A stretch of 63,982 nt of DNA, the filler included, from Octopus bimaculoides (lineage: Eukaryota): NCBI RefSeq assembly GCF_001194135.2. It is 6 parts of 6 records of this genome, joined end to end, with 100 filler letters (N's around TTAATTAATTAA, not from the genome) between each part and the next. Parts side by side here need not be neighbours in the genome. Positions count along the whole stretch, not along the records: positions 1 to 26,475 come from NC_068990.1; positions 26,576 to 41,070 come from NC_068996.1; 4 more parts are not named here. One strand, given 5' to 3'. Below, piece by piece: positions 14,931 to 29,604 of the stretch. Each line of letters opens with the position of its first letter. Position 1 is the first letter of the stretch. The notes beneath the pieces were generated by a model that did no database searches, was not told the DNA's origin, and was given only the letters and a program-made list of their open reading frames with translations. The position numbers and the translations under genes were made by a program.

Positions 14931-15841
14931 GAAACACTGTGTGTATGTACAAATGGGTTCTTCACCTAATTTCCTCCTCACATAACTCCCCCTCCACCCA
15001 TCATAGAATTCAAGCTGCAATTACTGCCAAAGGTGGTCCTACCCCATATTAAAATAAATTTGTTTGAAATTTTAAGGTGTTTCCATTATTTTGTCCAACC
15101 CCTGTACATATATACATACTCAGACACATGTATGTGTATATGTATGTGTATCTATATATATGTGTGTGTGTACATACATTTATGCATGTGTGTATATATA
15201 CACACACACACTCACACATATATATATATATATATATATATANNNNNNNNNNNNNNNNNNNNNNNNNNNNNNNNNNNNNNNNNNNNNNNNNNNNNNNNNN
15301 NNNNNNNNNNNNNNNNNNNNNNNNNNNNNNNNNNNNNNNNNNNNNNNNNNNNNNNNNNNNNNNNNNNNNNNNNNNNNNNNNNNNNNNNNNNNNNNNNNNN
15401 NNNNNNNNNNNNNNNNNNNNNNNNNNNNNNNNNNNNNNNNNNNNNNNNNNNNNNNNNNNNNNNNNNNNNNNNNNNNNNNNNNNNNNNNNNNNNNNNNNNN
15501 NNNNNNNNNNNNNNNNNNNNNNNNNNNNNNNNNNNNNNNNNNNNNNNNNNNNNNNNNNNNNNNNNNNNNNNNNNNNNNNNNNNNNNNNNNNNNNNNNNNN
15601 NNNNNNNNNNNNNNNNGACTGAGATCTCCATTCTCTCACTTGTAATTTCTTTTGCTTTACCTAGGTTTGAAACCGTGTTTCTGATTTAATCAGTTTTCTT
15701 CAGGTTCTGTCCTGGTTTATTCTTACACCAGATGTCTTGTTTTCGGGATGTGTGTGTTCATCATATATTTCTCTAACCGCTTCACTGCCTTCCTTCCATG
15801 CACACACACACACACCCGCGCACACATACATATATAATGTA

Positions 15842-15892
<51 letters not shown>

Positions 15893-17888
15893 TATGTTAG
15901 CAGTGTACCATATGTCTTCTCTTTGTTGTTTATGACTCACATGTTTTTCATGCATTAGGTCACTGGAACAGCTATTAGGAATCAATTTGTTAATACTATA
16001 CATATATAACATCACTGCTACAAGAACATTCTTCCATTGTCTGGTTCTTTAAGAGTTAATTCTTATTACTTTGTATCCCTGACATTCTGCATAGGTTCAT
16101 GATGCATCGTCTATGGTGAACAGATAGACTGATTTTTCAATGGCTATTTTTCTCTTTCAAATTTCCTTAGCTTTGCATTTGTAGAGAGTCAATAAAACAA
16201 GTAATATATCAACTATAAGGGAGAGGTATATGTCAGTTGGTTTTTGTCTGTATCAGTTTGGTTCTGATAGAGACAACTCTTAGCTAACAGAACCTATCAA
16301 GCATAACTTAACTGTTTATCACTTTGGCAACCAAGTTCAGTTTTATTCTTATTGACTGGGGTGACTCAGAAAAAATATATGGATGAATAAATGATGTACT
16401 TTAGATATTCAAATATAGGACAATGTTCGATTTTAAAAACTTATCCTTCCCTAATAGGTAAAAGCTTACAAAGCCTCTCTTATTGTTTTCAATACATCTT
16501 AATGTTGATGTTGTTAGTGGTGGAGACGATGGTTTAGGTATTCTGTATTTAGGATCATTTAATAGTCAAACATATAAGGTAAATAAGATGACGTTTATGG
16601 AGAGTAGAGTTGATTGATTTTAAAATTCCTTTTCAAAATCATATCTTTCACCAAGTCAGTGAAATGCCAGAATCATTAGCATGTTGGACAAAATGCTTTG
16701 TTGCATTTCTTCTGGCTCTTTACCTTCTGAGTTCAAATCCTGCTGAGATTGACTTTGCCTTTCATTCCTTCAGTTTTGATAAAATAAAATACCAGTCAAG
16801 TACTGGGATTGATGTCACAGCTTTGATTCAGAAGACTAACCAATCATCATTCCATCTAATCCTCACTATTCTGTCTTATTATCACCATTCCATCTCATCA
16901 CCATTGTGTCTCATTGCCATTTTGTCTTCTTATCAATAGCTTAGTCATTGCCTTATATAATTTCACAAGTGATTTTTCATTTATATTCCTAAGTACAAAT
17001 ATTTGTTGTAATTGTTTTAATTCTTTTGTCTGACAATGTTTGTTTTTATAACCTTTTCATAGTTTCTTAGAACGAAGGTAGGATTACTGGAGGCAATTAG
17101 TTTGGTGAGTTTTTAATTTAAATTACAGAAGGTTAATGGAATGAGAAAAAAAAAATAAATGGAAGTCGTTTTCAGAAGTGAGTTCTATGGTAAGAATGGT
17201 TTGCACAAGATGTGGGGAAAGATCTGGGAGACCAAATATAAATAGAAGTCGCAGAAGGATGGAATAATTGAAGTATTAAAAAAATTTACAGAAATGTAGT
17301 CTAGAGTTGATGTGTTCAGAAAAGCAGCCTGGTCCTTTTGTTGTTGTTGGTGGTGGTGGTGTCCCCCACTAAATGTCCCATTCTTCATAATTTGTTTATT
17401 TTCATGATAGGCACAAACATGCTCAAGGAGTTAGGAAATCTATTTCTCAGCCATGTGGTTTAAGGTTCAGTTCAACTCCATGACCCTTGGGCAAATGTCA
17501 TCTAGTATAGTGTTAAACTGATCAATACCATGTTAAATGGAATTTAGTACATAGAAACTGTATAGAAAAGGCAGCGAGCTGGCAGAAACGTTAGCACGCA
17601 GGGCGAAATGCTTAGCGGTATTTCGTCTGCCGCTAGTTCTGCGTTCAAATTCCACCAAGGTCAACTTTTCCTTTCATTCTTTCGGGGTCGATTAAATAAG
17701 TACCAGTTACACACTGGGTCGATATAATCGACTTAATCCGTTTGTCTGTCCTTGTTTGTCCCCTCTGTGTTTAGCCCCTAGTGGGCAGTAAAGAAATAAG
17801 AAACTGTATAGATACCAGTCATATTGTAAAATTAGGGACTGTCCACAGACATGTATACGGATCCATCCATGTCAAATCACTCAGAGGG

Positions 17889-18548
17889 TCCCAGGTTACC
17901 CCCTCAGATCTCCCTGAAAAAATTCATACTATCTCCTGTACCTATATGATGGAAAAATATCAAGTACTAGGTCAATATCTTTGATAGTTTTGAAATTGTA
18001 GGCCTTTATAATATTAATTTTACATTTTTTTCCAAATGAGTCTCTCAGACCAACTTGAGACAGCTATTTTCCCTCTAATATGGCAAACACAACTTTGAAA
18101 TCATGTGTTTGAGGCTAACTTTTTCTGTAAAGTTCAAATATCTTATAAATCAAGTGTATCTTGTATATTTTTCCATCTACATGCCTCTAAAAATTGCCAA
18201 GAATTAAACGTACAGCAAATGTATGTCTCTTTTAGGTATTTTTATCTCAATAGGTACACTAGATAAAGCAACCACAATTTTTTCCGCTGTTATTTAGCAT
18301 ATAGTGGACCATTTCTAAACAGTAACCATGTTAGTTACTATTATAAGAGTGTCAGAATAAATTTTTGAAATATATGTGATTTCAAAATTTTTCAAAAAAT
18401 GTCCATTTTGATGCCTTTAGTTGACAGTGGGCAGTTCACTATCATTTTCAAACTTTTACCATGTATTCTTATACTTCTGCAAATGATGTGACAGAAATTT
18501 GGAGCTAGTATGAAATTTTTCAGGGGGATCTGAGGGGATAACCTGGGA
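17889..18548. mobile_element. Non-autonomous DNA transposon with ~45-bp TIRs
   Basis: cccaggttaccccctcagatctccctgaaaaaattcatact at the left and agtatgaaatttttcagggggatctgaggggataacctggg at the right are reverse complements with few mismatches. Confidence 0.65.
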
Positions 18549-18894
18549 AATTTTTCTAAAACTAGGTGATTTACGTATCAGCATCATCATAATGTGCACT
18601 TTTCTATGCTTGTATGGGCAAGACAGAATTCGTTGAGGTAGATGTTCTACTGCTGGATGTCCTTCTTGTCTCCAACCCTCACCTGTGTCCGAATAAGGTA
18701 ATATTTTCCCATGGCCGGATAAACTCCACTGCTTGCATAGTAACGACTCATTCACAACTAGCATTTGATGTCAAGCCTAGGAGATATTAACGCACATGCA
18801 CACGCGCACACACACACACACATACACATGCGTATATACATATATGTAGATAGGTATATATGTATATAAACATATATGTGTGTGTGCATGTATA

Positions 18895-18951
<57 letters not shown>

Positions 18952-19888
18952 TGTGTATTTACCATTTTGATAATGAGATCCAACATCCTGTGATCAACTT
19001 TCACCAAGAGTTTCCTTCAACCACACTAATGAATGTTACACACTGCTGATCACAATGCACTTCCTCACATTGTTGTAGTCTTCAAATGACGCCACCCTGC
19101 TGGGTAGCCAACAGGCCAACATATCCCACCCTGAAAGGAAGGCCAGTTCAATGCAGTGTTACCCATTTACAGTGGAGTGGACTGGAGCAACATGAAATGG
19201 AGTGTTTTTCTCAAGAACACAATGCACTTTGCGGTCTAGGAATCAAGACTGTAATCTTGTGACGGTGAGTGCATTTCATCATCATCATCATCATCGTTTA
19301 AATTCTGCTTTCCATGCTAGCATGGGTTGGACGATTTGACTGAGGACTGGTGAAACCGGATGGCAACACCAGGCTCCAATCTAAATTTGGCAGAGTTTCT
19401 ACAGCTGGATGCCCTTCCTAACGCCAACTACTCAGAGAGTGTAGTAGGTGCTTTTACGTGCCACCTGCACGAAAGCCAGTCAGGCGATACTGGCAACGGC
19501 CACGCTCAGTCAATCCAAACATGAACAAGCAAGAAAAACAACAAAAAAACAACAACAATGTGAGGACGTGGAATAAGTACAGTGTTATTGGACACTCAGG
19601 AAAGGAATGCATGAGTGTACGTTTGTATATATGTATTTTGCATATTCATGTGTTTGTGTGTTCATGTTTGTGCGTGTCTATATGTATGGGTTTGTGTGAC
19701 TATGTACATGCATCTGTTATGTTTAGATGTGAGTCTCCATATGTGTCCTTGTGTGTGTGTGTGTGTATATGGTCATGTGTTTCAATCTTCTTTTGTATAT
19801 GTATGTATATGTGTGATTGTCTGTCCATATTACCTATGTACCTATCTATTTACATATCTCTCTGTTTCTTTACATATCCATGTACCTA

Positions 19889-19927
<39 letters not shown>

Positions 19928-20059
19928 ATAAGAGTGAAAAAACTACAACATCCAACCACGTGCTTTCACATACCAACTTTCTCACCTATATATATATATA
20001 TATATATGTACATTACAGCCTACTAACAAATTTACCATCAGATCACAATTATGTAGAAT

Positions 20060-20420
20060 GTACTCCTTTGAGAATACCACATGCACCAGAGAGAACTGCA
20101 TGGTATGTAAGATTAACCCTCGCTTTAAGTGTAGAGCAAGAAATGTAGTCTACAGCATAAGGTGCATAGAGGTTGCTTGTAAAGGCTAAAGCATGATATA
20201 CATTGGTGAGACATCTAGAAGCATTGTGGAGAGAATAAATGATCATTTGAGACAATATGATGACAAAAAACAGTCCTCCATACTCTACAACATGCCAAAG
20301 ACAAACATGGAGGCACACTGGGTCAACTTGACATCCACATTTTATCTGAGCACCCAAAGGACCCAACACTAAGGCAAATACAGGAGTACATCCTCATAAA
20401 TGAAACAAAGTACATGTACT
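20060..20420 (+). mobile_element. Penelope-like element GIY-YIG endonuclease fragment
   Basis: Frameshifted translation CTRENCMVCKINPRFKCRARNVVYSIRCIEVACKG*SMIYIGETSRSIVERINDHL...DPTLRQIQEYILINE matches the Cys-rich, NVVY...YIGET layout of the Penelope endonuclease. Confidence 0.8.
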
Positions 20421-20683
20421 AAACAGGAGATATATGTAAAAGCACCCACTACACTCTCTGAGTGGTTGGCGTTAGGAAGGGCATCCAGCTGTAGAAACTC
20501 TGCCAAATCAGATTGGAGCCTGGTGTAGCCATCTGGTTTCACCAGTCCTCAATCAAATCGTCCAACCCATGCTAGCGTGGAAAGCGGACGTTAAATGACG
20601 ATGATGATGATGATGATGTAGTGATACCCCAATATACACAGTTTATACATACACAGGTAAATTTATTAGTAGGCTGTTATGTG

Positions 20684-20739
<56 letters not shown>

Positions 20740-23209
20740 TAAATGGATAGTAAGTAGCCAGATAGATATGTGGATAGATCAGTAATATGGACAGTCAAGC
20801 ACACACACATACATAAAAAAAAGATTGAGACGCATGACCATAGACACACAAGGACACATATGGAGACGTATCCATACATAACAAAAGCATATACATAGTC
20901 ACACAAACCCATACACATAGACATATTCAAACATGCACACACAAGGAGACAGAGGTACACACACAAATATACTTCTTACTACACAGCCACAGCTGCACCT
21001 ATACATGCATACATATACATACACACACACATGCGCATGCACACACACACACATAGCAAGAGGAGAGATATAATATCCAGTCAGATACCAAGTTTCTCTG
21101 AGTAAAAAGCTGGTTCCTTCTAATGGTGTGTTTTTTGTTGATCTTCCTTTAATTCCCATCCAGTGTTCCAGTTTATTTCTTGGCTAATATGTGTGTGTGT
21201 GTGGCTTAGTGGTTAGGGCATTCAGCTCTCCATCATAAGGTCGTGAGTTCAATTCTTGGCGATGTGTTGTGTCTTTGAGCAAGAACTTTATTTTACGTTG
21301 CCCCAGTCCACTCAGCTGGTAAAAATGAGTAGTACCTGTAATTCAAAGGGCCAGCCTTGTCACATTCTGTGTCACGCTGAAGTTCCCAGTGAACTACATT
21401 AAGGGTAAGCATGTCTGTGGAGCGCGCAGCCACTTTTGCTTTAATTTCATGAGCAAGCTGTTCCAATGATCGGATCAACTGGAACCCTTGTTGTTGTAAC
21501 CGATGGAGTGCCAGTCTTTTTGTGAAGGTGCATGGCTTAGTGTTTAAGGTGTTCCACTCATGATTGTGAGATCGTGGGTTCGATTCCCAGACTGAACGTT
21601 GTATTATGTTCTTGAGCAAAGCAGTTCATTTCACATTGCAATCATTTTGACATCTGACATGTAGCACCTATTGCACCTGTACAGGTAATGTCGATCTGAT
21701 GGAGGGAGTGAGCTTATGTCTACAAACATTTGATCACTATAAACAAATCATCTGTGTGGTTGTTTGTTAAGAAATTGTCAAACCCTCATACGTCGCCTAA
21801 TGACAGGAGAGTCCATCATATACACAGACACACACACACATACACACATTAGGAAGGGTGGTCAGACTAACACCTGTGTAAGATTAGTGGTGAGGGTCAT
21901 GGTGGGGATATTCCATGTATCTAACATTCTGTCAAAACTTATTTTTTGAGTTGTATGAAGTAATTAAATTAAACTGCAGTTTGAGTGTGTACGTGTGGGT
22001 ATGTGTACGAGTGTATGTGTGTGTGCATGCATGCTGACTTAATTACTGTAGCCACTTAGTTCTACACGTCATCACAGTGAGGTAATCTGTGATTAACATT
22101 ATTGCTGCTGCTACTACTGTTACTACTGCTTGCTGTACTCTTGGTGTGCGTTTCCTAATATTTATGATGCTGCACTCGAAAATAGCCATTTAAAGCAAAA
22201 CCCCTCCCCTCGACAACTGCGTAGTTTGGTAGCCATCTGTCATGGGTGGGAGAAAGCGAGAGAAGTAACTGCAAAGGTAGCAGGTAGAGTCAAAAGGTGG
22301 ATGAATTTATGATGGAAACTTCCGTTTGGTTGCTGCGGTTGGATCAGCAGCACTAATATCTGTTAGTGGTGGAAGAAGAAGAAGAAGAAGAAGATGGAAA
22401 AGGTAGGGAAAGATAGGTGAAGTGGTAGGTAGGTGGGGAGAGGGTTGGGCAGTTTAGAGTCAGACTGATGTATGAGAAACATCTGCTTTACATCATCTTT
22501 TACTATCTCTCTCTCTATCTATCTATCTATCTATCTATCACACGCATAAACACACACACACACATACTCAAGCCCACACTCAAGTGCACACACACACTCA
22601 AGCACACACATGCACGCACACACTCATACACATATACACACACGCCACACCACGCATATCACGCACCACACACATGTAGTAGTTACTACTACTACTACCA
22701 CTACTTCTACTACTGAAGTTCCATTGCTAATAAAATTCTAATCACTCCAAAAACTGCTCCCAACTAACACCCACCCAACTATTTCTTGGTAGCTCTCCCC
22801 ATCATCAGCCTTACAGATATCCATCATTACTATCCTACTTCTGCTACTGTTGCCATCTACCCAGTTACTAATCCAACCAGCATCCCTACTTTCAGCCCTT
22901 TTATTATTACAACACACCTTAACTATAAGCCCTACCTATATGATAACAGTACCTTAAGTCAGCTGAGCCTACAACACTTTACTCACCCCTTCCTGTTATA
23001 AAAATAGCAACCAACTTTTTCCTCAAATCACATCTTTTCATTTTAAAAACAAGAGAATGACACATTAGATAGTGTCATCATAAAAATACAGGCTGACCAT
23101 GACTGAAATGCTTTTTAATCCTAAGTTTGCTTCATTAAACCTGACCAGGGACTAACATCTTACAGAAATGGAAGACCATTTAAAATCACATCTTATTTTT
23201 CATCTTTTA

Positions 23210-23600
23210 CTTGTTTCAGTCATTGGACTGCAGCCTTTCTGGGGCACTGTCTTGAAGTGTTTCAGATGAATAAATTGACTCCAGTACTTATTTTAAAGTC
23301 TAGTATTTATTCTGTCAGTCTTTTTTGCTGAACTGCAAAGTTATAGAAATGTAAACAAACCAACACATTATCAAGTGGTGGTGGGGGACAAACATAAATA
23401 ACACACACACACACACACACACGCACACATGCACACATGCACACATGATGGACTTCCAGATAGTTTCCATCTACCAAATTGACTCATAAGGCATTGGTTG
23501 GCCCAGGGCTATAATAGAAGACATTTGTTCAAGGTTCCACACAGTGGGAGTGAACCTGAAACCATGTGGTTGCAAAGTGAGCTTCTTTGCCACATAGTCA
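23210..23600 (-). mobile_element. SINE family A copy
   Basis: Reverse-complement match to the consensus. Confidence 0.75.
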
Positions 23601-24079
23601 ATTAATTAAGAGAAACTATATTTATGAAAATCTAAACATAATAGCTAATTGCTGCATAAAAATGAAGGTAAGTCATTAATTATCTATAAGATATATATTA
23701 TCTATAAGATATATATGGCAGGAAAATTCAATGCAAGTATCACTAGGCATAATTTTCTTTTGGTTATTATGGTTCAGGTCTAAACTTGAAACAGTAATTG
23801 TGTTATTGTTCTTGCGTTAATTACAGCCATTCTGCTTACTGTTAGCTTCAATGGAAGGCAGTTTTTTAATGATATTTTATAACTTTTTTTTTTAAGACAT
23901 CAGGAGCCAAGATCCATAGAAGGCTTTCAGCACAGTATGGTAGCAGTGTTTTACTGTTACAGTCTGTTTGTAATTAGGTTGAAAATTTCAAAAATAATCT
24001 GACAAATGTCTTGCATCAAGAAGGAGATGTAGGATTGACCATGTCCTTATGCTGATGACAATACTGAATATTTCTCCAT

Positions 24080-25545
24080 GACACAGTGCTGTTGAACAGA
24101 TGGGCGGCCAATGATATGCAAGTTAGTCATGAAGTCATCCTGGGAATACTTGGCTGAGGTTGACATAACAACATCTCATCTAGGTTGTCCCATAGGATGC
24201 TCCAAGACTGTTTCCACACATTTTCTCCATTCATCTCGACCTTCCATAATGGTCCTCGGCTCCTCTACCCCTTCCATACCAGTATCCTCCAGCAAGTTGT
24301 CAATATAGCAGCATAGTCTAGGTCAGTTACTGTTACTGCTTGATGCCATCTACTTCTTTGCCTATGCAGTTTGAATCCCAGTTCTTTTTCCTTGCCCTCG
24401 TATGTTCTACACATTACATAGTCCAGAACGATGGTGAAGCGATAAGGTGCTAGTGTGTCGCCGTGTAATACTTTCACTTTGACTTTAAAGTATTCTGTCT
24501 CTCCATCAGGAGTGATCACTTTCGCTCTGGTGTTCTCATACAGCTTACTTATTGCTCTCAGAATTCTTGGTAGAATATCATATACTTTAAGTATCTTCAT
24601 CCTCATTCCTCTATATACTGAATCAAAAGCCTTTATTAAGTTCACATAGATAATGATAGCCTTCCTGTTATGTCTCCTAACTCCCTCTATCAGTCTTGTA
24701 AGGGCAAGAATGTGAGATGTTGTTGACCGTCCTGATCTGAATCACTTTTGATTTGGTTGCAATTGTTTGTCTATCATATGCTGTATTTGGTTAAGTATTA
24801 TCTTGTTGACCATTTTTGCAACAATGGAACACAGACTGATCTCTCTGTAATTCCCAGTATCACTTAGGTCTCCAGTTTTGGTCAGTGGTAGCAAGTCTAT
24901 CTCAGACCTTTTTCTGGCTTCACATTGTCATTTAGTAGTTTGTTTGCAAATTCAAGGATGATGTCGTCCAAATCACAACTTTTTAGTACTTCTGGTGAGA
25001 TGTTGTCAGGACCAGTTTGTTTTCCTTCTTTCAGGTTACTTGTAGCTCTTTCTATTTCTTGTTTTGTGAAGTCTCCATCCTCAATTTGCAAACCGTCAAG
25101 TATCTTTGCTAATTCTTCATTTTCTGTTTCACTGTCAACTTCTGGATCCTTCCTAAATAAGTTGTAGAAATGAGTGGACCACTTCTTGATTCTCTCATCC
25201 TTTGATTTCCTTTTGATGACTCCCTGCTTTGCCGCTTTGCAACCAGCTTTTTCCATGCTTACTCTTTGTGTCTTCATTTTCGACCTGGGAGATCATTTCA
25301 TCCAGTTCTTCTTGAATCTCTTGGTACACCTGTTTTAGACCCTCTGTCTTTCTTTGTAAAGTTTGTTCAGTATCGTTGTTGGCAGTTTTTTGATAGTTGC
25401 TGAATGCCTCTTGTACTTCACTGCATGCTTTTTCTACCCTAACATAACAACAGCATAACAATTTATTGTATCGAACTTGCACTATAGTGAACAGAGGGAG
25501 ACCATATACGTTGATGTGTATGAAGTGACCAGAAGGAGACCACAT
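24080..25545 (-). mobile_element. Decayed RTE-type LINE ORF2 (reverse transcriptase) fragment
   Basis: Frameshifted pieces contain RT motifs KAFDSV, TPDGETEYF...VLHGDTLAPYRFTIVLDY and DLDYA, plus the pre-RT region WSTHFYNL...FTKQEIERATSNLKEGKQTGPDNISPEVLK. Confidence 0.9.
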
Positions 25546-26431
25546 TTAGTGATATGCATACAAGTATTTTAACTGCTAATAGATCAAAAAATTACAAATG
25601 TATTGTTAATTAACAACATAGCATTGTATGTGTTGTGAAGTAATATCTTTAATTCTCCTGAAGACATTGACTCTGCAAGCTGCAGTTCAGTAATTCTGAA
25701 TAAAAACTAATACCAGGTAGATGGGATTTTTTAATCCTGGCATTGACAAAATCATTAGTGTTGGTGGGATGATAAGATGTATGTTATAAAAGGGCTAGTG
25801 ATAGGAAGGGCATCCAGCTATTAAAATTATATATGACTTATACAACAAAGATTGATGGTTTTCTCTGTTGCTGTGTGTTGACAGATGATGTTGGACTGCA
25901 ATAAATGGTGATCACTGTGCTGGAGGTGACAAGTTCAAACCATGCCAACATAGCAAATTGTGGACAAAAGAGGTGTAAAATGCTTCAAGAATATAACAAC
26001 CCAATTGTTAAAATATATTAACACAGAGGACTTTATAATTAGTTAGGAACAAGCTTTTGTTCTAATAAATGCAATCAATTGATTAATTGGTGTTAAATTA
26101 TTTGAGAAGCTAATCCAAACCTGATCTCAACTATGGCTGCACCATCTATATTTTTTTTTCATATATAGTGTATTTAAAACCATATTATCTAATGTGTCTT
26201 TCCTTTTACATGATTGTAAGATGTGACTTGAGAGAGATTTGGTTGCTATTTTTAGTAGGTCAAGTTATCAGACAAAGGCTCCTTTCTTATCTTCAGTAAT
26301 TAGTAAGAATGTATGTAAATGATGTGTAGTATTTTAATATTTTTTCTATTCCCAGGTATATAAGTTTCTCAATTCCTGTAATGCAGTTTGGCTCACTGCA
26401 GTTAAAATATGCGTTTTACTCCATTCATTAA

Positions 26432-26475
<44 letters not shown>

Positions 26476-26575
26476 NNNNNNNNNNNNNNNNNNNNNNNNN
26501 NNNNNNNNNNNNNNNNNNNTTAATTAATTAANNNNNNNNNNNNNNNNNNNNNNNNNNNNNNNNNNNNNNNNNNNN
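26476..26575. other. Artificial scaffold linker (44 N + TTAATTAATTAA + 44 N)
   Basis: Identical 100-nt construct at five places; the 12-mer gives stops in all six frames. Confidence 0.95.
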
Positions 26576-28471
26576 AATAGTTAAATGCCTCAGTTGGGAA
26601 CACAACACGAGATATAGACTTTTCATTTATTCATACCCTATCAACTCCCTATCATACCGTGTAATGGAAGAGGTGACTGACATGCATCGTCATTGATTTG
26701 TACTGGGGTGCCATTGGGGGGGGGGCAACTTGGTGGGTCATACATTTAAAAAAATATAATTTAAAACTTTAGAAAATCTATCTTAATATTCAACCATCTT
26801 AAGGTAGCAAGCTGGCAGAAACGATAGAACACTGGACGAAATACTTAGTGGTATTTCGTCCGTCTTTATGTTCTGAGTTCAAATTCCGCCAAGGTCGACT
26901 TTGCCTTTCATCCTTTCGGAATCAATAAAAATGAGTAGCAGTTGAGCAAATGAAGTCAATGTAGTCGACTTACTCCCACCCCCGAAATTGCTGGCCTTGT
27001 GCTAAACTTGGAAATCAATATTTAACTAACTTGATAAACATGTTATTCATATTTGTTATACACAAGCGTGATTAATAAAACCATAATTTCAAATCCTTTC
27101 TCTAATTTCTAGCATTAAACCACATTTGTTTTAAAGCGTCCGTATGAAGTGCGCTCCTAATTTTTTTTTTATTTAATATTCAGATCGACAAGAAGTCAAA
27201 ATGATTGAAGAGAACTATTTTATGTCAATTTGAGTAACTATAGTAAAATCGTTATGTTACAGAGTTGCGTCCACTTTACAATAGAGTAATAGTAACAACT
27301 GCAATCTAGATGGCGCTTTATTTGTTGTCATTGGTTTCAACATGAACACCTTGCCGGTAACAACAACAACAACAACAGCAGCAGCAACAACAACTCCAGT
27401 AACACCATCCACTTTAGCTTGATTAATCGAATATCGATGTCCTGTGTTGTTCCACTGTGTAACTTTTATGGGACAATGAAACCGGTCATGTATCGCTGAC
27501 AATTACAATTTAATGTGTACATATACTTGGTTTTCAGGTCTGTAATTCGCAGCTTCGATTATCAATAATCGTTTTCTATTTGTTATTATTAGTTTTGTTT
27601 CATATATTACTTTATTATTATTATTATTATTATGATTATTATTATTATTATTGTTGTTGTTGTTGTTAGTATTAAAGATGAAATAATAATTATTATTACT
27701 CGATATGTTATTACTATTGTTAATATGGTTACAGCTATTGTTCTTAACGTTGATGTTGTTGTCAATATCTTATTGAGGTTGTTTCTTTTTTTTTTTTTGT
27801 ACTGCTTTTTTTTTATTTACTTTTTCTTATAAGCAAAGTTGTACAAGCGATATTACTACCAGCGTATTACTGGTACCTATTTTATCGATTCTGAAAGGAT
27901 TTGATTACAGAAAATATAGATAGATGAATATAGATTATTGTAAGGTGCTCCATTGTATTTTTCGTTTTTTTCGTCAATCTGTTACTTTTCGACAAAATCG
28001 TTGAAGTGCCGAATGGAAAATATCTTGCAGTATTTGGTNNNNNNNNNNNNNNNNNNNNNNNNNNNNNNNNNNNNNNNNNNNNNNNNNNNNNNNNNNNNNN
28101 NNNNNNNNNNNNNNNNNNNNNNNNNNNNNNNNNNNNNNNNNNNNNNNNNNNNNNNNNNNNNNNNNNNNNNNNNNNNNNNNNNNNNNNNNNNNNNNNNNNN
28201 NNNNNNNNNNNNNCTTCCCCCTTCCACACTCCTCCTTCACTCCCCCTTCCACCCCTCTCTCCCACTTCTTTTCCTTGGTACTTATTGTACTTATGTCACT
28301 TTAATTCATCCTGAGATTTTCGTTAAGGATGCCCAAGTCAGTGGAATACTCAACCATCCACACTTTTTTTAATTTCACAAGTAGGAATACAATTGGTTGA
28401 ATAAGTGAAGGCTCATCATTGAACCTAATGAAGAATCCACTGATACCAATGCCACCGACATCACCAACAGC

Positions 28472-28502
<31 letters not shown>

Positions 28503-29111
28503 CAAATACTATCAATAACACAAAGCCTAACTTCCATTACAACTACTGCAGCTACCGTCAACATCACCACCACCAACAACCTCCACACACCAACACAACA
28601 ACAACAATATTAATACCACCAACACCACTATGTTTGATGTTTTAATGATGTTGGTGCTAAGCTAGCTGAATCGGTAGAGCATCAGAAAATTCATTGTTTA
28701 AATTCTGTTTGAAATCAGCTTTGTCTTTCATCCTTTTGGGGTCGATAAAATAAAGTACCAGCCAAGTTCTTTGGGTCATGGTACCAACTAAGCTCCATTC
28801 ATTCAAAATTGCTAGTCTAATGTCTATGATTAGAAACAAGTGTTGTAAATGCCATAAAGTAAGAAGTTAGTTTGTAGCTGAGTTAGGTCTTAAACCTAGT
28901 CTAACTGCTATATCGACACCATACATTATAGGTTTTTGTTGTTTATGTTTTTGGTAAAGGCATGAAAATCACTAAATCTCATTTCTCATCCTTGTAAATT
29001 TAAGATCATCTGTATGTATAAGGAAACACAGTCGTGCTTTGTTTTTTGTCACTGGTGTTATGCTGTGTCTATAAGACAGGACACTTTGATTTCCATAATC
29101 CAGCTTATTAA

Positions 29112-29333
29112 CCCTTTAGCATTTCAGATTATTCTGTCAAATCTAATACTTATTTATTCACATTGTTTTGAATTAAACAGACATTATCTCAAGCTTTGAG
29201 ATTTTGATGATGTGATTACTTACTTTTAGAATGACATTGTGAGAGGAAGTGTGAGAAGCCTGATCTGATAAGCTTGAACACAAAACATGTAGAATAGTTG
29301 GGCCAGATGCAGCTGGTTTAAATGCTAAAGAGT
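29112..29333. mobile_element. piggyBac-type MITE (degenerate)
   Basis: ttaa|ccctttagcattt ... aaatgctaaagagt|ttaa, imperfect TIRs with TTAA flanks. Confidence 0.6.
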
Positions 29334-29604
29334 TTAAGACTGAGGCATTGTTGAATTGAATGTCTCATGGTATTTCCCTTGATTCTCTGTGTTCTCAGTT
29401 CAAAGTCTGACAAAGTCAACTTTGCTTTCCAACCAATCAGAGTGGACAGCTTGCATAACACTGCAAAGACTCTCACCTACAAAGCCAAGTAGTCCAGAAA
29501 CAAACAAGAACAAGATCTCCATCTTTGCAATGAGGCAAGTGTTAATAGATAAAAAAAATGATAGGAGAATATTGTAGTTCGCTTGAAGCCTTGTGTATTG
29601 TTTG

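Noticed and set aside
15033-15689. ORFs of 139-282 aa spanning N runs (also at about 28 kb, 40 kb and 54 kb)
   Set aside because: Open only because gaps translate as X.
28419-28613. Pro/Thr/Gln-rich ORF upstream of LEKR1
   Set aside because: Degenerate (CAA/CCA)n low-complexity DNA with no splice support.
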